Origin: an uncultured Aliarcobacter sp.
Lineage (GTDB): Bacteria > Campylobacterota > Campylobacteria > Campylobacterales > Arcobacteraceae
Length of the DNA: 64,000 nt
Direction: 5' to 3'
Assembly (NCBI GenBank): GCA_963664305.2
Contig: CAXXLV010000001.1
Location: 352,001-416,000, forward strand
Under the pieces are notes generated by a model. The model was not told the origin of the DNA. It saw nothing but the letters and a program-made list of their open reading frames with translations, and made no database searches. Numbering within the stretch: the first letter of the stretch is position 1; the number at the start of each line of letters is the position of its first letter. Below are positions 42,952 to 53,324 of the stretch, one piece after another. The position numbers and the translations under genes were made by a program.

Positions 42952-45222
42952 ATGCAAAAAAATTATGTAATAGGATTTCCAAGAATTGGAGAAAAAAGAG
43001 AACTTAAAAAAGTTTTAGAAAAATATTGGTCAAAACAAACTGATTTTAATGAAGTAAAATTTGTAGCAGAAAGTTTGAAAAAAAGACATTGGAATTATCA
43101 AAGAGAAGCAAAGATAGATTTTATCTCTTCAAATGATTTTTCATATTATGACAATATGTTAGATACATCTATATTATTAGGTGCTATTCCAAAAAGATTT
43201 GAAAACTTAAAAAATGAAGAACTATATTTTGCAATGGCAAGAGGAAATGACTCTTGTGTCGCAATGGAAATGACTAAATGGTTTAACACAAACTACCATT
43301 ATATTGTTCCTGAAATTTCAAAAGACACAATATTTAGATTAAATAGTAAAAAAGTAATTGAAGAGTACAAAGAAGCACTTGATTTAGGAATTAAAACAAA
43401 AATAAATCTAATTGGAGCAATAACATATCTTGGACTTTCAAAAAGTGTAGATAATAGTGATATTTTTTTACACATTAATAATGTAGTTGAAGTATATAAA
43501 GAATTATTGTTAGAAATTTCAAAACTAGATGATGAAATTATCGTTCAATTTGATGAACCATTATTTGTAAAAGATTTAGATACAAAAATTTTATCTTTAA
43601 TCAAACCAGTTTATGATGCCCTAGCTTTGGTTGCATCAAATATAAAAATAGTTGTAACAACATATTTTGAACATTCAAATGAAGCAACAAAAATATTAGT
43701 TAATACTCCAATTTGGGCATTAGGTTTAGATTTTATTCATGGAAATAAAAATCTTGAAGTTTTAGAACTTATCAAAAACTCAAATAAAATTTTAATTGCA
43801 GGAGTAATTGATGGAAGAAATATTTGGAAAAGTAATTTTCAAGATAAAGTAGAACTACTTGAAAAAATCTCAAAAACTATAAATAAAGAAAATATTATAG
43901 TTGGAACTTCTTGCTCACTTTTACATGTTCCATTTACTTTAAATTATGAAGAAAAATTAGATAAAGAGATAAAATCTTGGTTAGCATTTGCAAATGAGAA
44001 GTTAAAAGAGTTATCACTTGTATCTAAACAATTTTTTGACTTCAAACTAAATTTAGAAGAGTTATCTACAATAAAAAGAAATATTGAAGATAATAATCAA
44101 AGAAAGATTTCTTCAAAAATTCACAATATTAAAATTCAAGATGAAATAAAAAATCTTAAAAATTTTGAAAGAGTAGATAAGTTTCAAAATAGAATAAAAG
44201 TTCAAAGAGAATTTTTCAAATATGATTTTTTAACAACTACAACTATTGGTTCATTCCCTCAAACTCCAGAGATTAGAGAAAATAGAAAACAATATAAAGT
44301 AAATGCCATTTCAAAAGAGCAATATGAAAATGAAATCAAAAAATATATTGACGATTGTGTAGCTTTTCAAGATGAAATTGGACTTGATGTTCTAGTTCAT
44401 GGAGAACCTGAAAGAAATGATATGGTTGAATATTTTGGAGAATTAATGGATGGATTTGTATTTACACAAAATGCCTGGGTTCAATCTTATGGTAGTCGTT
44501 GTGTAAAACCACCTTTAATTTATGGTGATGTTTCAAGACCAAATCCAATGACTGTTGAGTGGATAAAATATGCTCAAAGTAAAACTAAAAAAGTTATGAA
44601 AGGTATGTTAACAGGACCAGTTACTATTTTAAATTGGTCATTTGTAAGAGATGATATATCAAGAAATGAAGTTGCAAAGCAAATTGCATTTGCTATAAAC
44701 AAAGAAGTAGATGATTTACAAAATGCTGGAATAAAAATGATTCAAGTTGATGAAGCAGCATTTAAAGAAGGTTATCCTTTAAGAGCTGAAAACATTAAAG
44801 CTTATGAAAATTGGGCAGTTGATAATTTCAAATTAAGTGTTAGTTGTGCAAAAGCAGACACTCAAATTCATACACACATGTGTTATAGCGAATTTAATGA
44901 CATTATTAAAACTATTGAAGCTATGGATGCTGATGTTATTTCAATCGAAACTGCACGTAGTGGAAATAGACTTTTAAAAATCTTTAAAGAAGTAGCTTAC
45001 AAACAAGAAATTGGTCCTGGAATTTATGATATTCATAGTCCTAGAGTTCCAAGTGTTGAAGAGATGGTGAAACAAATTGAAGCTTTAATCGAAGTTTTAC
45101 CAAAAGAACAATTATGGATAAACCCTGATTGTGGATTAAAAACTAGAAAATGGCCAGAAGTAAAACAAAGTCTAAAAAATATGGTTGAAGCAGTGAAAAT
45201 TGTTAAAGAAAAAAATTACTAG
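42952..45222 (+). CDS. metE: Cobalamin-independent methionine synthase
   Basis: GFPRIGEKRELK, EMTKWFNTNYHY, TTTIGSFPQT, HGEPERNDMVEYF, Zn ligands HTHMC and NPDCGLKTR. Confidence 0.97.
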   Translation: MQKNYVIGFPRIGEKRELKKVLEKYWSKQTDFNEVKFVAESLKKRHWNYQREAKIDFISSNDFSYYDNMLDTSILLGAIPKRFENLKNEELYFAMARGNDSCVAMEMTKWFNTNYHYIVPEISKDTIFRLNSKKVIEEYKEALDLGIKTKINLIGAITYLGLSKSVDNSDIFLHINNVVEVYKELLLEISKLDDEIIVQFDEPLFVKDLDTKILSLIKPVYDALALVASNIKIVVTTYFEHSNEATKILVNTPIWALGLDFIHGNKNLEVLELIKNSNKILIAGVIDGRNIWKSNFQDKVELLEKISKTINKENIIVGTSCSLLHVPFTLNYEEKLDKEIKSWLAFANEKLKELSLVSKQFFDFKLNLEELSTIKRNIEDNNQRKISSKIHNIKIQDEIKNLKNFERVDKFQNRIKVQREFFKYDFLTTTTIGSFPQTPEIRENRKQYKVNAISKEQYENEIKKYIDDCVAFQDEIGLDVLVHGEPERNDMVEYFGELMDGFVFTQNAWVQSYGSRCVKPPLIYGDVSRPNPMTVEWIKYAQSKTKKVMKGMLTGPVTILNWSFVRDDISRNEVAKQIAFAINKEVDDLQNAGIKMIQVDEAAFKEGYPLRAENIKAYENWAVDNFKLSVSCAKADTQIHTHMCYSEFNDIIKTIEAMDADVISIETARSGNRLLKIFKEVAYKQEIGPGIYDIHSPRVPSVEEMVKQIEALIEVLPKEQLWINPDCGLKTRKWPEVKQSLKNMVEAVKIVKEKNY

Positions 45223-45239
45223 AGCTTTTGCTCTAGTAA
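45216..45239 (+). terminator. Hairpin at the end of metE
   Basis: TTACTAGAGC-tttt-GCTCTAGTAA, 10-bp perfect stem with a weak U tract. Confidence 0.6.
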
Positions 45240-45306
45240 GAATATGTTTTGTTATAACTTAATTATGATAAAACATATTTTTAGATAATATTCGGGAATT
45301 ATAAAA

Positions 45307-46527
45307 ATGAGAAAAGAAACTATGATTACATTAAATGATATAAAAGAAGCAAAAAAAAGATTATCAAATACAGTTCACGCAACTCCACTTATGAAAGCTC
45401 CTATTTTAAGTAAAGAAAAAAATGCAGAAATTTTTCTAAAAGAGGATAACTTACAATTAACAGGAAGTTTTAAAATTAGAGGTGCTTTTAATAGAGTTGC
45501 TTTGCTTGATGAAACTAGAAGAAAAAATGGTGTTGTTGCAGCAAGTGCAGGGAATCATGCACAAGGTTTAGCTTTTGCGGCACAACACTTCAATTGTGAA
45601 GCAACTATTTTTATGCCAGAAGCAACTCCACTTACAAAAGTTTCAGGAGTTAAATCTTATGGAGCAAATGTTGTTTTAACTGGTGAAAATTTTGATGAAG
45701 CATATGCAGCAGCTACAAAATTTGCAAAAGAAAACAATAAAGAGTTTATTCATCCATTTGCAGATGATGCTGTTATTGCAGGGCAAGGGACAATTGCATT
45801 AGAAATTTTAGAAAAAATTGACGATATTGACCACATTATTGTACCAATTGGTGGTGGAGGTTTAATCTCTGGAATTGCAATTGCGGCAAAAGCAATCAAT
45901 CCAAATATTAGAATCACAGGTGTTGTTGCAAGTGGTGCAAGAGGGATGAAAGACTCATTCGAAGCAAGACTTCCTATAGATTCTTCAAGTGTTAGAACAA
46001 TTGCAGATGGAATTGCAGTTCGTGATGTAACACCAAAATTACTTGAAATCATTTTAGAATATGTAGATGAAATTGTTGAAGTAAGTGATAATGAAACTGC
46101 TAATGCAATTTTATTTTTATTAGAAAAACATAAACTTATGGTTGAAGGTGCAGGTGCTGTAGCAACTGCTGCAATCATGCATAATAAAGTTAATGTTGAA
46201 AATGAAAAAGTTTGTGCAATAGTAAGTGGTGGAAATATTGATGTCACTATGTTATCTTTAATTATTGATAAAGGATTAGTAAAATCATTTAGAAAAATGA
46301 ATCTAATCGTAACACTTATGGATAAACCAGGTGCTTTAATGCATTTAACAGAAATTTTCAAAACTTGTTCAGCAAATATTGTTCAAATAGATTATGATAG
46401 AAACTCTATAAAACTGGAGTTTGGTGAAGCTCATGTTACAATTGCACTTGAAACAAAAGGTGAAGAGCATCAAGAACTAATAAGAGAAAATTTGAAACAA
46501 AATGGTTACAGATATAAACAAATTTAA
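45307..46527 (+). CDS. ilvA: Threonine ammonia-lyase with a C-terminal ACT domain (start may be ATG 45322)
   Basis: LQLTGSFKIRGA, ASAGNHAQG, PIGGGGL, SGGNID and DKPG (ACT). Confidence 0.9.
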   Translation: MRKETMITLNDIKEAKKRLSNTVHATPLMKAPILSKEKNAEIFLKEDNLQLTGSFKIRGAFNRVALLDETRRKNGVVAASAGNHAQGLAFAAQHFNCEATIFMPEATPLTKVSGVKSYGANVVLTGENFDEAYAAATKFAKENNKEFIHPFADDAVIAGQGTIALEILEKIDDIDHIIVPIGGGGLISGIAIAAKAINPNIRITGVVASGARGMKDSFEARLPIDSSSVRTIADGIAVRDVTPKLLEIILEYVDEIVEVSDNETANAILFLLEKHKLMVEGAGAVATAAIMHNKVNVENEKVCAIVSGGNIDVTMLSLIIDKGLVKSFRKMNLIVTLMDKPGALMHLTEIFKTCSANIVQIDYDRNSIKLEFGEAHVTIALETKGEEHQELIRENLKQNGYRYKQI

Positions 46528-46619
46528 GTTAATTTTTTGTCTTTAGAAAGATTTTAGAAAATAAATACTATAATGCACGCATAATTTAGTACATGTAGAA
46601 ACAAAAAAAAAGGAAGAAA

Positions 46620-47306
46620 ATGGAAGGAAGACTGTTTACATTCTTGGGTGCAATTGGTGGGCACGGGCAAGAGTGGATAATCTTATCACACTTTGTTCTA
46701 GTTATTGGGATAATTTTCTTAATTTCAAGAGCAGCTACTAGAAAGTTACAATTAGTTCCAACTGGATCTCAAAATGTAATGGAAACGTTTGTAGGTGGTA
46801 TCGTTGCAATGGGAACTGATACAATGGGTGAAAAAAACGCTAGAACTTATATGCCTTTAATTGGTTCTTTAGCTTTAGTAATTTTTGTTAGTAATATGAT
46901 TGGAGTTATCCCTGGTTTCGAAGCTCCAACTTCAAATATTAACTTTACATTATCTTTAGCTTTAATAGTATTTGTTTACTATAACTATTTAGGTATTAAG
47001 AAAAATGGTTTCGTTGCTTATTTTAAACATTTTATGGGACCTATGCCTGTGTTAGCTCCATTAATGTTCCCAATTGAAATTATTTCTCACTTATCAAGAA
47101 TTGTTTCATTATCATTCAGACTTTTTGGTTCAATCAGAGGAGATGATATGTTCTTAATGGTACTTTTAATGTTAGTACCTTGGTTATTACCTCTTCCTGG
47201 GTTCTTCTTATTAACTGCGTTTGGTTTCTTACAAGCGTTTATTTTCAGTATATTAACTTATGTTTATATTGCTGGTTCTATTATGATGGAACACGAAGAA
47301 CACTAA
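46620..47306 (+). CDS. atpB: F0F1 ATP synthase subunit a
   Basis: PTSNIN, IEIIS, SLSFRLFG (essential Arg) and LQAFIF..LT.VY. Confidence 0.95.
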   Translation: MEGRLFTFLGAIGGHGQEWIILSHFVLVIGIIFLISRAATRKLQLVPTGSQNVMETFVGGIVAMGTDTMGEKNARTYMPLIGSLALVIFVSNMIGVIPGFEAPTSNINFTLSLALIVFVYYNYLGIKKNGFVAYFKHFMGPMPVLAPLMFPIEIISHLSRIVSLSFRLFGSIRGDDMFLMVLLMLVPWLLPLPGFFLLTAFGFLQAFIFSILTYVYIAGSIMMEHEEH

Positions 47307-47327
47307 AAATTTTGATAAAAAATTTTG

Positions 47328-47362
47328 AAAAGGGAATAAGTTTTTACTTATTCCCTTTTTTT
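47328..47362 (+). terminator. Intrinsic terminator after atpB
   Basis: AAAAGGGAATAAGT-tttt-ACTTATTCCCTTTTTTT. Confidence 0.85.
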
Positions 47363-47384
47363 ATATCTTTAAATAGAAAGACTT

Positions 47385-47939
47385 ATGAAAAAATATCTTA
47401 TAACTGACCCTCAATATTATACTAATGATATAGAAATATTTAAAAAAACTTTGATAAAAACCTTAACTAAACATAAAATTGATATTGCTTGTTTTAGAAA
47501 TAAAGAATCTGAAAATTTTGAAGAATTGGCAAAAATCTTTATAGAAATTTGTAAAAAATTTAACGTTAAAGAAATACTTATAAATTCAGATTATTTGTTA
47601 GCTAAAAAGCTAGGTGCAACAGGAGTTCATCTAAATTCAAAACAATTTGATAAAATCAAAGAAGCAAAAGAAAAAAATCTTTTTACAATTATCTCTTGTC
47701 ACACTTTTTTAGAGATTGAAGAAGCTATGAAATTAAAAGCAGATGCGATTACTTTTTCTCCTATTTTTAATACACCAAATAAAGGTGAACCTAAAGGAAT
47801 AGAAAAGTTAGAAGAGGCAACAAACTTATATAAAGATATAAAGATTATTGCTCTTGGAGGAATAGTTTCAAAAGAACAAATCTCTAAAATAGAAAATACA
47901 AAAGCCTATGGTTTTGCTTCTATTAGATATTTTGTTTAA
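47385..47939 (+). CDS. Thiamine phosphate synthase (ThiE/TenI) family protein
   Basis: YLITD, GVHL, SCH, SPIF.T..K and IALGGI. Confidence 0.75.
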   Translation: MKKYLITDPQYYTNDIEIFKKTLIKTLTKHKIDIACFRNKESENFEELAKIFIEICKKFNVKEILINSDYLLAKKLGATGVHLNSKQFDKIKEAKEKNLFTIISCHTFLEIEEAMKLKADAITFSPIFNTPNKGEPKGIEKLEEATNLYKDIKIIALGGIVSKEQISKIENTKAYGFASIRYFV

Positions 47940-50668
47940 ATCTCTTTTAGTGTGCAATTATTAGGTTTTAAATATACTAGATATGATTTCACATTTGATG
48001 TTTGAAATATCTCTTTTATAGCTTTTTTATAATATGAAACTTGAACTTTATGTTCATCAAGTTCTTCTTTTGTTGTCTTATAATCAATAATATAAAAACA
48101 ATCTTCTTTAAATAAAAGTAAATCTATAATCTTTATCTCTTCTTTATAAATCAAAGATTGTTCTGAAATAAACATTGAATTTTCTAATAAAGATTTAAAA
48201 ATTGAATTATTCAATAAAAATCTCAATCTATTTTTTATATCAAAAAAATCTTCTTCACTTAAATAGTTTGAATATCTAGTTTGTACTAAATCCATAGAAT
48301 AGTCTAAATTCTTTTCATCAAATTCATTCATCATTTCCAAACAATAGTGAGTTGCCAATCCAAAATATTTTGCATGTAAATGGTCAACTTCTAACTCTTT
48401 TTCTTTTGAGATTTGTTTTTCTTGTGTTCCTAAATCTAATGGAGTATATGAAACAATATTTTTTTCATCTTTGTTTATTACAAGATTAATACTCTCTTTA
48501 ATTTTTCCAATTTTACAAATATTCATATTTAAAATATCAAAAACAGAAGATTTAACTTTTTTAAATATAATCATATTGTTTTTAGCACGAGTTAAAGCAA
48601 CATATAAAATATTTATTTCATCTTCTAGACTTAGTGCCTTTTCTTTTGCTATTGCTTTTTCATAATCTTTATCAAAATTTTCATAACCTTTTATTTTGTA
48701 AAAAATATTTTTTAGTTCGAGATTTTCATACTCAAATAAAAGTGAAGATTTATCTACATTTTTTCTTTTAATTCTATCAAGTAAAATAACAGTATGAAAC
48801 TCCAAACCTTTTGATTTAAAAATAGTTAATATTTGAAGTCCAACTGATTCACTATTTTCCATATTTGCATCTAATTTATCTATCTCATAAACAAAATCTA
48901 CAATATTATTAAAACTTGAACTCACTTCAATTAATTTAACAACATTTTCATCTATGATTTTTAATTTTTTTGATAACTCTTTTATAATTTCTTGAACAGA
49001 TTTTTCTTCCAATTCAATTTGTAAATCCAATTCATTTAATATCTCTTTTCCAATAAGCGCATTTACATTCTCTTTATAAATTTCCTCTTTGAAATAAAGA
49101 TATTTCATAGCATTAATAACAGCTTTTACATTTTGTTGATTTATTAATTTTGAAGTCATTTCAGTTGATATTTTCATATCAGGAAACTTCTGTTTTAAAT
49201 AATAATATAAAGACAAAACATCATCATTTGTATAAGTTAGAATTGATATATCATTTGGATTAACTCCTAAATTAATCAACTCTTCAATCTTTTTTGCAAT
49301 ATTTACAAATTTTTCTTCTTCATCTAATGCTTCATCTTCACAAACTTCAACATAACCATCTTTTGCAACTGATTCTTGTTCATAATATTCATAATTACTA
49401 AGATTTAAAAAAAGTGAATTTACATAAGAGATAATATTTTCACATGAACGATAATTTGTATTTAAAACTTCTACTTCTAAAACTTTATTTGTATTTGCTA
49501 CATAATCAAAAAGTTCTCTTTTCCCACCTCTAAATCTATAAATAGATTGTTTTATATCCCCAACATAAAAAAATGTTTTAAATTTCGTTGTATCACCAGA
49601 AAGTATCTCTTTTATTAAAGGTTCTAAAATTTTATATTGTAAAAGTGAAGTATCTTGAAACTCATCCATCAAAATATGTGAATAAGTTGAATCAAGTCTA
49701 AAATATAAAAAATCTTTATCAATTTTTGTTGATAATAATTCATAAACTAAATTTGAGATATCGTTAAATTCTAAATAGTTTTTATTTTTGTTAAACTCAA
49801 ATTTAAAATCTTTAAACATTAAATAGAGTTCAAATAGTTTATTTAAACTGTACCCTGCTCTAATTTTATAATATATTGTTATCTCTTTTTTTAACTCTAT
49901 AAAATAAGATTCTATTGTTTCATTTGCACATTTTTTAAAATATGAATATTCAGCTAAACAATCTTTTTCAAGCCATGTTCTTCCAAATAAATCATCAAAT
50001 TTCTCAAAATCAACAGCTTTTTTTGCACTTGGGCTTGCAACACTACAATTTAAAATAAACTCTTTTATTTTAAAAGCATTTTCTAAAACTTTCTCTTTTT
50101 GGAAATCTATTAATTTAGCATCAATATTTAAAATATCTATTTTTTCATTTTTTTCTAAAAGTATTTTAAAAAGTTCAAAAAGAGAATTAAATTTCTTTTT
50201 TTCATAATGGGAAAAATCTATCAATGTTTCAAACTGTTTTAAATCAAGTGATTCTAAAAATTTTAAACTAAGAGTTTCAATATCATCTTCTTTTATTTCA
50301 AAATCATCTGAAATACCAATATATCCACAAAACTCTCTTAAGATTTTATTTACAAATTTATCAATAGTAAATATTGATAAGTTTGCACTTGAAAATGATT
50401 TTACTAAAAAACCTTTTTTACCTAAAATCTCCTCTTTTGAAAGATTTGATTGTTCAATAATTGCATTTAGATATGCTTCATCATCACCTAATGTAAGAAG
50501 TGTTTTATATATTCTTTCACTCATTTCATTTGCAGCTTTATTTGTAAATGTAAGAGTTAAAATCTCATTTGGTTTTGCACCAAGCAATAACAAAGAAATG
50601 TAACGAACCGTAAGAGCAAATGTTTTACCACTTCCTGCACTGGCTTTTAAAGCTAAATATTTTTTCAT
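47936..50668 (-). CDS. addA: RecB/AddA-like UvrD helicase-nuclease
   Basis: ASAGSGKT, LTFTNKAA, DEFQDT, VGDIKQSIYRFRG, NYRS, SKGLEF, YVALTRAK and C-terminal IDLL...IDYKT nuclease. Confidence 0.88.
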   Translation of the reverse strand: MKKYLALKASAGSGKTFALTVRYISLLLLGAKPNEILTLTFTNKAANEMSERIYKTLLTLGDDEAYLNAIIEQSNLSKEEILGKKGFLVKSFSSANLSIFTIDKFVNKILREFCGYIGISDDFEIKEDDIETLSLKFLESLDLKQFETLIDFSHYEKKKFNSLFELFKILLEKNEKIDILNIDAKLIDFQKEKVLENAFKIKEFILNCSVASPSAKKAVDFEKFDDLFGRTWLEKDCLAEYSYFKKCANETIESYFIELKKEITIYYKIRAGYSLNKLFELYLMFKDFKFEFNKNKNYLEFNDISNLVYELLSTKIDKDFLYFRLDSTYSHILMDEFQDTSLLQYKILEPLIKEILSGDTTKFKTFFYVGDIKQSIYRFRGGKRELFDYVANTNKVLEVEVLNTNYRSCENIISYVNSLFLNLSNYEYYEQESVAKDGYVEVCEDEALDEEEKFVNIAKKIEELINLGVNPNDISILTYTNDDVLSLYYYLKQKFPDMKISTEMTSKLINQQNVKAVINAMKYLYFKEEIYKENVNALIGKEILNELDLQIELEEKSVQEIIKELSKKLKIIDENVVKLIEVSSSFNNIVDFVYEIDKLDANMENSESVGLQILTIFKSKGLEFHTVILLDRIKRKNVDKSSLLFEYENLELKNIFYKIKGYENFDKDYEKAIAKEKALSLEDEINILYVALTRAKNNMIIFKKVKSSVFDILNMNICKIGKIKESINLVINKDEKNIVSYTPLDLGTQEKQISKEKELEVDHLHAKYFGLATHYCLEMMNEFDEKNLDYSMDLVQTRYSNYLSEEDFFDIKNRLRFLLNNSIFKSLLENSMFISEQSLIYKEEIKIIDLLLFKEDCFYIIDYKTTKEELDEHKVQVSYYKKAIKEIFQTSNVKSYLVYLKPNNCTLKEI

Positions 50669-50759
50669 AAAAGAATAATACTAAAGTAACTATTTCATTT
50701 TAGTTAATAAGATACTTTTAGATATAATCTTGCTTTAAAAATTACATAGGATTGTAAAT

Positions 50760-51674
50760 ATGCAAACTGATTATCCATTTTCAAAAGAACAAAAAGTTCA
50801 AACACTACTTGATGCAATTCCATATATTAAAAAATTTTTTGGGAAAACTATAGTTATCAAATATGGTGGTTCTGCTCAAACTAGTCCAGATTTAAAAGAA
50901 AAATTTGCTCAAGACATAGTTTTTCTTTCATTATTAGGTATTAAACCTGTAATCGTACATGGAGGAGGAGCAAGAATTACTGAACTATTAACAAAATTAA
51001 ATATTCCTTCTCATTTTGTTGATGGACATAGAGTTACTTGTGAAGATAGTATGAGAGTTGTTGAAATGGTATTAAGTGGAGAAATTAATAAAAATATCAC
51101 TTCTTTATTAAATCATCATGGAGCAAAAGCTATTGGAATTTCAGGAAAAGATTCAAGTATTATAAATGCTGTTCCAAAAGATGGTGGGAAATTTGGTTTT
51201 ACAGGTGAAATTACAAAAGTAAATGGCTCAATGATAAATAATTTAATAAAAGAAGGATTTATCCCAGTAATTGCACCAATTGCAGATAGTGCTGAACCAA
51301 ATCATCCAGGATTTAATATAAATGCAGATATCGCAGCTTGTGAAATTGCTGTTGCTATTGGAGCTCAAAAAGTTTTATTCTTAACAGATACAATTGGAGT
51401 TTTAGATAAAGAAAAAAATCTAATTCAAACTTTAGATAAACAAAGTGTTGAAAATTATAAGAAAAATGGAACAATTGCTGGAGGAATGATTCCAAAAGTT
51501 GATTCTTGTATTGATGCAATTGAAAATGGCGTAAACAAAGCTCATATAATTGATGGAAGAGTTGAGCACTCAATTTTATTAGAGTTATTTACAAGTGATG
51601 GAATTGGAACACAATTTATTAGAAAAGACAATCCAAATAATGGCATTGACTTAGAGAAATTATTAGAGAATTAA
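50760..51674 (+). CDS. argB: Acetylglutamate kinase
   Basis: VIKYGG, VHGGG, NINAD, LTD and GGMIPK. Confidence 0.95.
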   Translation: MQTDYPFSKEQKVQTLLDAIPYIKKFFGKTIVIKYGGSAQTSPDLKEKFAQDIVFLSLLGIKPVIVHGGGARITELLTKLNIPSHFVDGHRVTCEDSMRVVEMVLSGEINKNITSLLNHHGAKAIGISGKDSSIINAVPKDGGKFGFTGEITKVNGSMINNLIKEGFIPVIAPIADSAEPNHPGFNINADIAACEIAVAIGAQKVLFLTDTIGVLDKEKNLIQTLDKQSVENYKKNGTIAGGMIPKVDSCIDAIENGVNKAHIIDGRVEHSILLELFTSDGIGTQFIRKDNPNNGIDLEKLLEN

Positions 51675-51682
51675 GGGGTATT

Positions 51683-53164
51683 ATGAATTTTATAGAAACA
51701 AGAGGAAACGATGGAATTAAACCTATCGAAGTTCCATTTAGCGAAGCGATATTAAATCCAAGTACTTCTTTTGGTGGATTATATGTACCAAAAGAACTAC
51801 CAAAACTAGAAGAAAACTTTTTACAAAATCACATAAATTCAACTTACAAAGAATTAGCTTATGATATTTTAAAAGCTTTCGAAATTGATATTGAAGAAAA
51901 TGAAATAAAAAAAGCTTTAGATTTATATGACAATTTTGATGATGCTTCAAATCCTTGTCCTGTTGTAAAAGTAAAAGATGATTTATTTGTTCATGAACAA
52001 TACCATGGACCAACACGTGCGTTTAAAGATATGGCATTACAACCTTTTGGTTCAATTTTAAGTTCAATTGCAAGAAAAAGAGATGAAAAATATTTAATTC
52101 TTGCTGCAACTTCAGGTGATACTGGACCAGCTGCTCTTAATACTTTTAAAAATAAAGAAAATATTCAAGTAGTTTGTTTATATCCAGATGGTGGAACTTC
52201 TGATGTTCAAAGATTACAAATGGTTTGCGAAGATGGAAAAAATTTAAAAGTTTTAGGAATTAAAGGAAATTTTGATGATGCACAAAATGCACTTAAAAAT
52301 CTTTTAGCATCAAAAACATTTAAAGAAGAATTAGAAAAAGATAATATTAAACTTAGTGCTGCAAATTCAGTAAACTTTGGAAGAATTATTTTTCAGATAA
52401 TTTATCATTTCTGGTCATATATCCAACTTTTAAAACAAAATGAAATCAAACTTGGAGAAAAAATATATTTAGTAGTTCCAAGTGGAAATTTTGGAAATGT
52501 TCTTGGAGCATTTTATGCACAAAATATGGGTGTACCAGTAGAAAAACTTTTAGTTGCTTCAAATGAAAACAACATCCTAACAGAATGGATAAATACAGGT
52601 GTTTACGATATTAGAGATAAAGAATTAAAACTTACTAAATCTCCTGCAATGGATATTTTAAAATCTTCTAATATTGAAAGAGTTATTTACTCTTTATTTG
52701 GTGCACAAAGAACAAAAGAATTAATGGAAGATTTAAATGAGAAAAAAATCTTCAAAATGAGTGAGAATGAAACAAAAGAATTAAAAAGATACTTTTCTGC
52801 CGTTTATTCTGATGATACTTTTGGTACAAGAACAATTAAAGAGTTTTTAGACTCAGGATACTTAATGGATCCACATACTGCAACTTGTATAAAAGCATAT
52901 AATGACTTAAAAGAAAAACCTTTAAAAACAGTTATTTATTCAACTGCTGAATGGACAAAATTCTCACCTACAGTGTTAAATGCGTTAAATCAAAATTCTA
53001 CAAAATATGCTGATAAAGAGGCTTTAGAAGAGATTTCAACAAAATATAATGCTAATTTACCACAAACTATCAAAGATTTATTTAGTGCAAAAATAAATCA
53101 TTCTTTAGTTATTAATAAAGAAGATATAGAAACTGAAATAGTAAATTTTATTAGAAAATCATAA
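51683..53164 (+). CDS. thrC: Threonine synthase
   Basis: HGPTRAFKD, ATSGDTG, NSVNFGR, VPSGNFGN, SPAMDI and DPHTA. Confidence 0.95.
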   Translation: MNFIETRGNDGIKPIEVPFSEAILNPSTSFGGLYVPKELPKLEENFLQNHINSTYKELAYDILKAFEIDIEENEIKKALDLYDNFDDASNPCPVVKVKDDLFVHEQYHGPTRAFKDMALQPFGSILSSIARKRDEKYLILAATSGDTGPAALNTFKNKENIQVVCLYPDGGTSDVQRLQMVCEDGKNLKVLGIKGNFDDAQNALKNLLASKTFKEELEKDNIKLSAANSVNFGRIIFQIIYHFWSYIQLLKQNEIKLGEKIYLVVPSGNFGNVLGAFYAQNMGVPVEKLLVASNENNILTEWINTGVYDIRDKELKLTKSPAMDILKSSNIERVIYSLFGAQRTKELMEDLNEKKIFKMSENETKELKRYFSAVYSDDTFGTRTIKEFLDSGYLMDPHTATCIKAYNDLKEKPLKTVIYSTAEWTKFSPTVLNALNQNSTKYADKEALEEISTKYNANLPQTIKDLFSAKINHSLVINKEDIETEIVNFIRKS

Positions 53165-53177
53165 GATTTTCTAATAA
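53148..53177 (+). terminator. Hairpin at the end of thrC
   Basis: TTATTAGAAAATC-ataa-GATTTTCTAATAA, 13-bp stem. Confidence 0.55.
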
Positions 53178-53324
53178 TAATCTAAAAAAACACTTATTTT
53201 GTAGTGTGTATTTTTTTCCCAAAAAACACTATAAAAACTAGCTTTCATGACTTGAATCAATACATTTTAAGTAATTCCGTAATATAATATCCAAATTCTA
53301 AAATTAAAAAAAAGGAAGCCAAAT

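Noticed and set aside
46620..47306. Isolated atpB outside an atp operon
   Set aside because: A split atp gene arrangement is normal in Campylobacterota.
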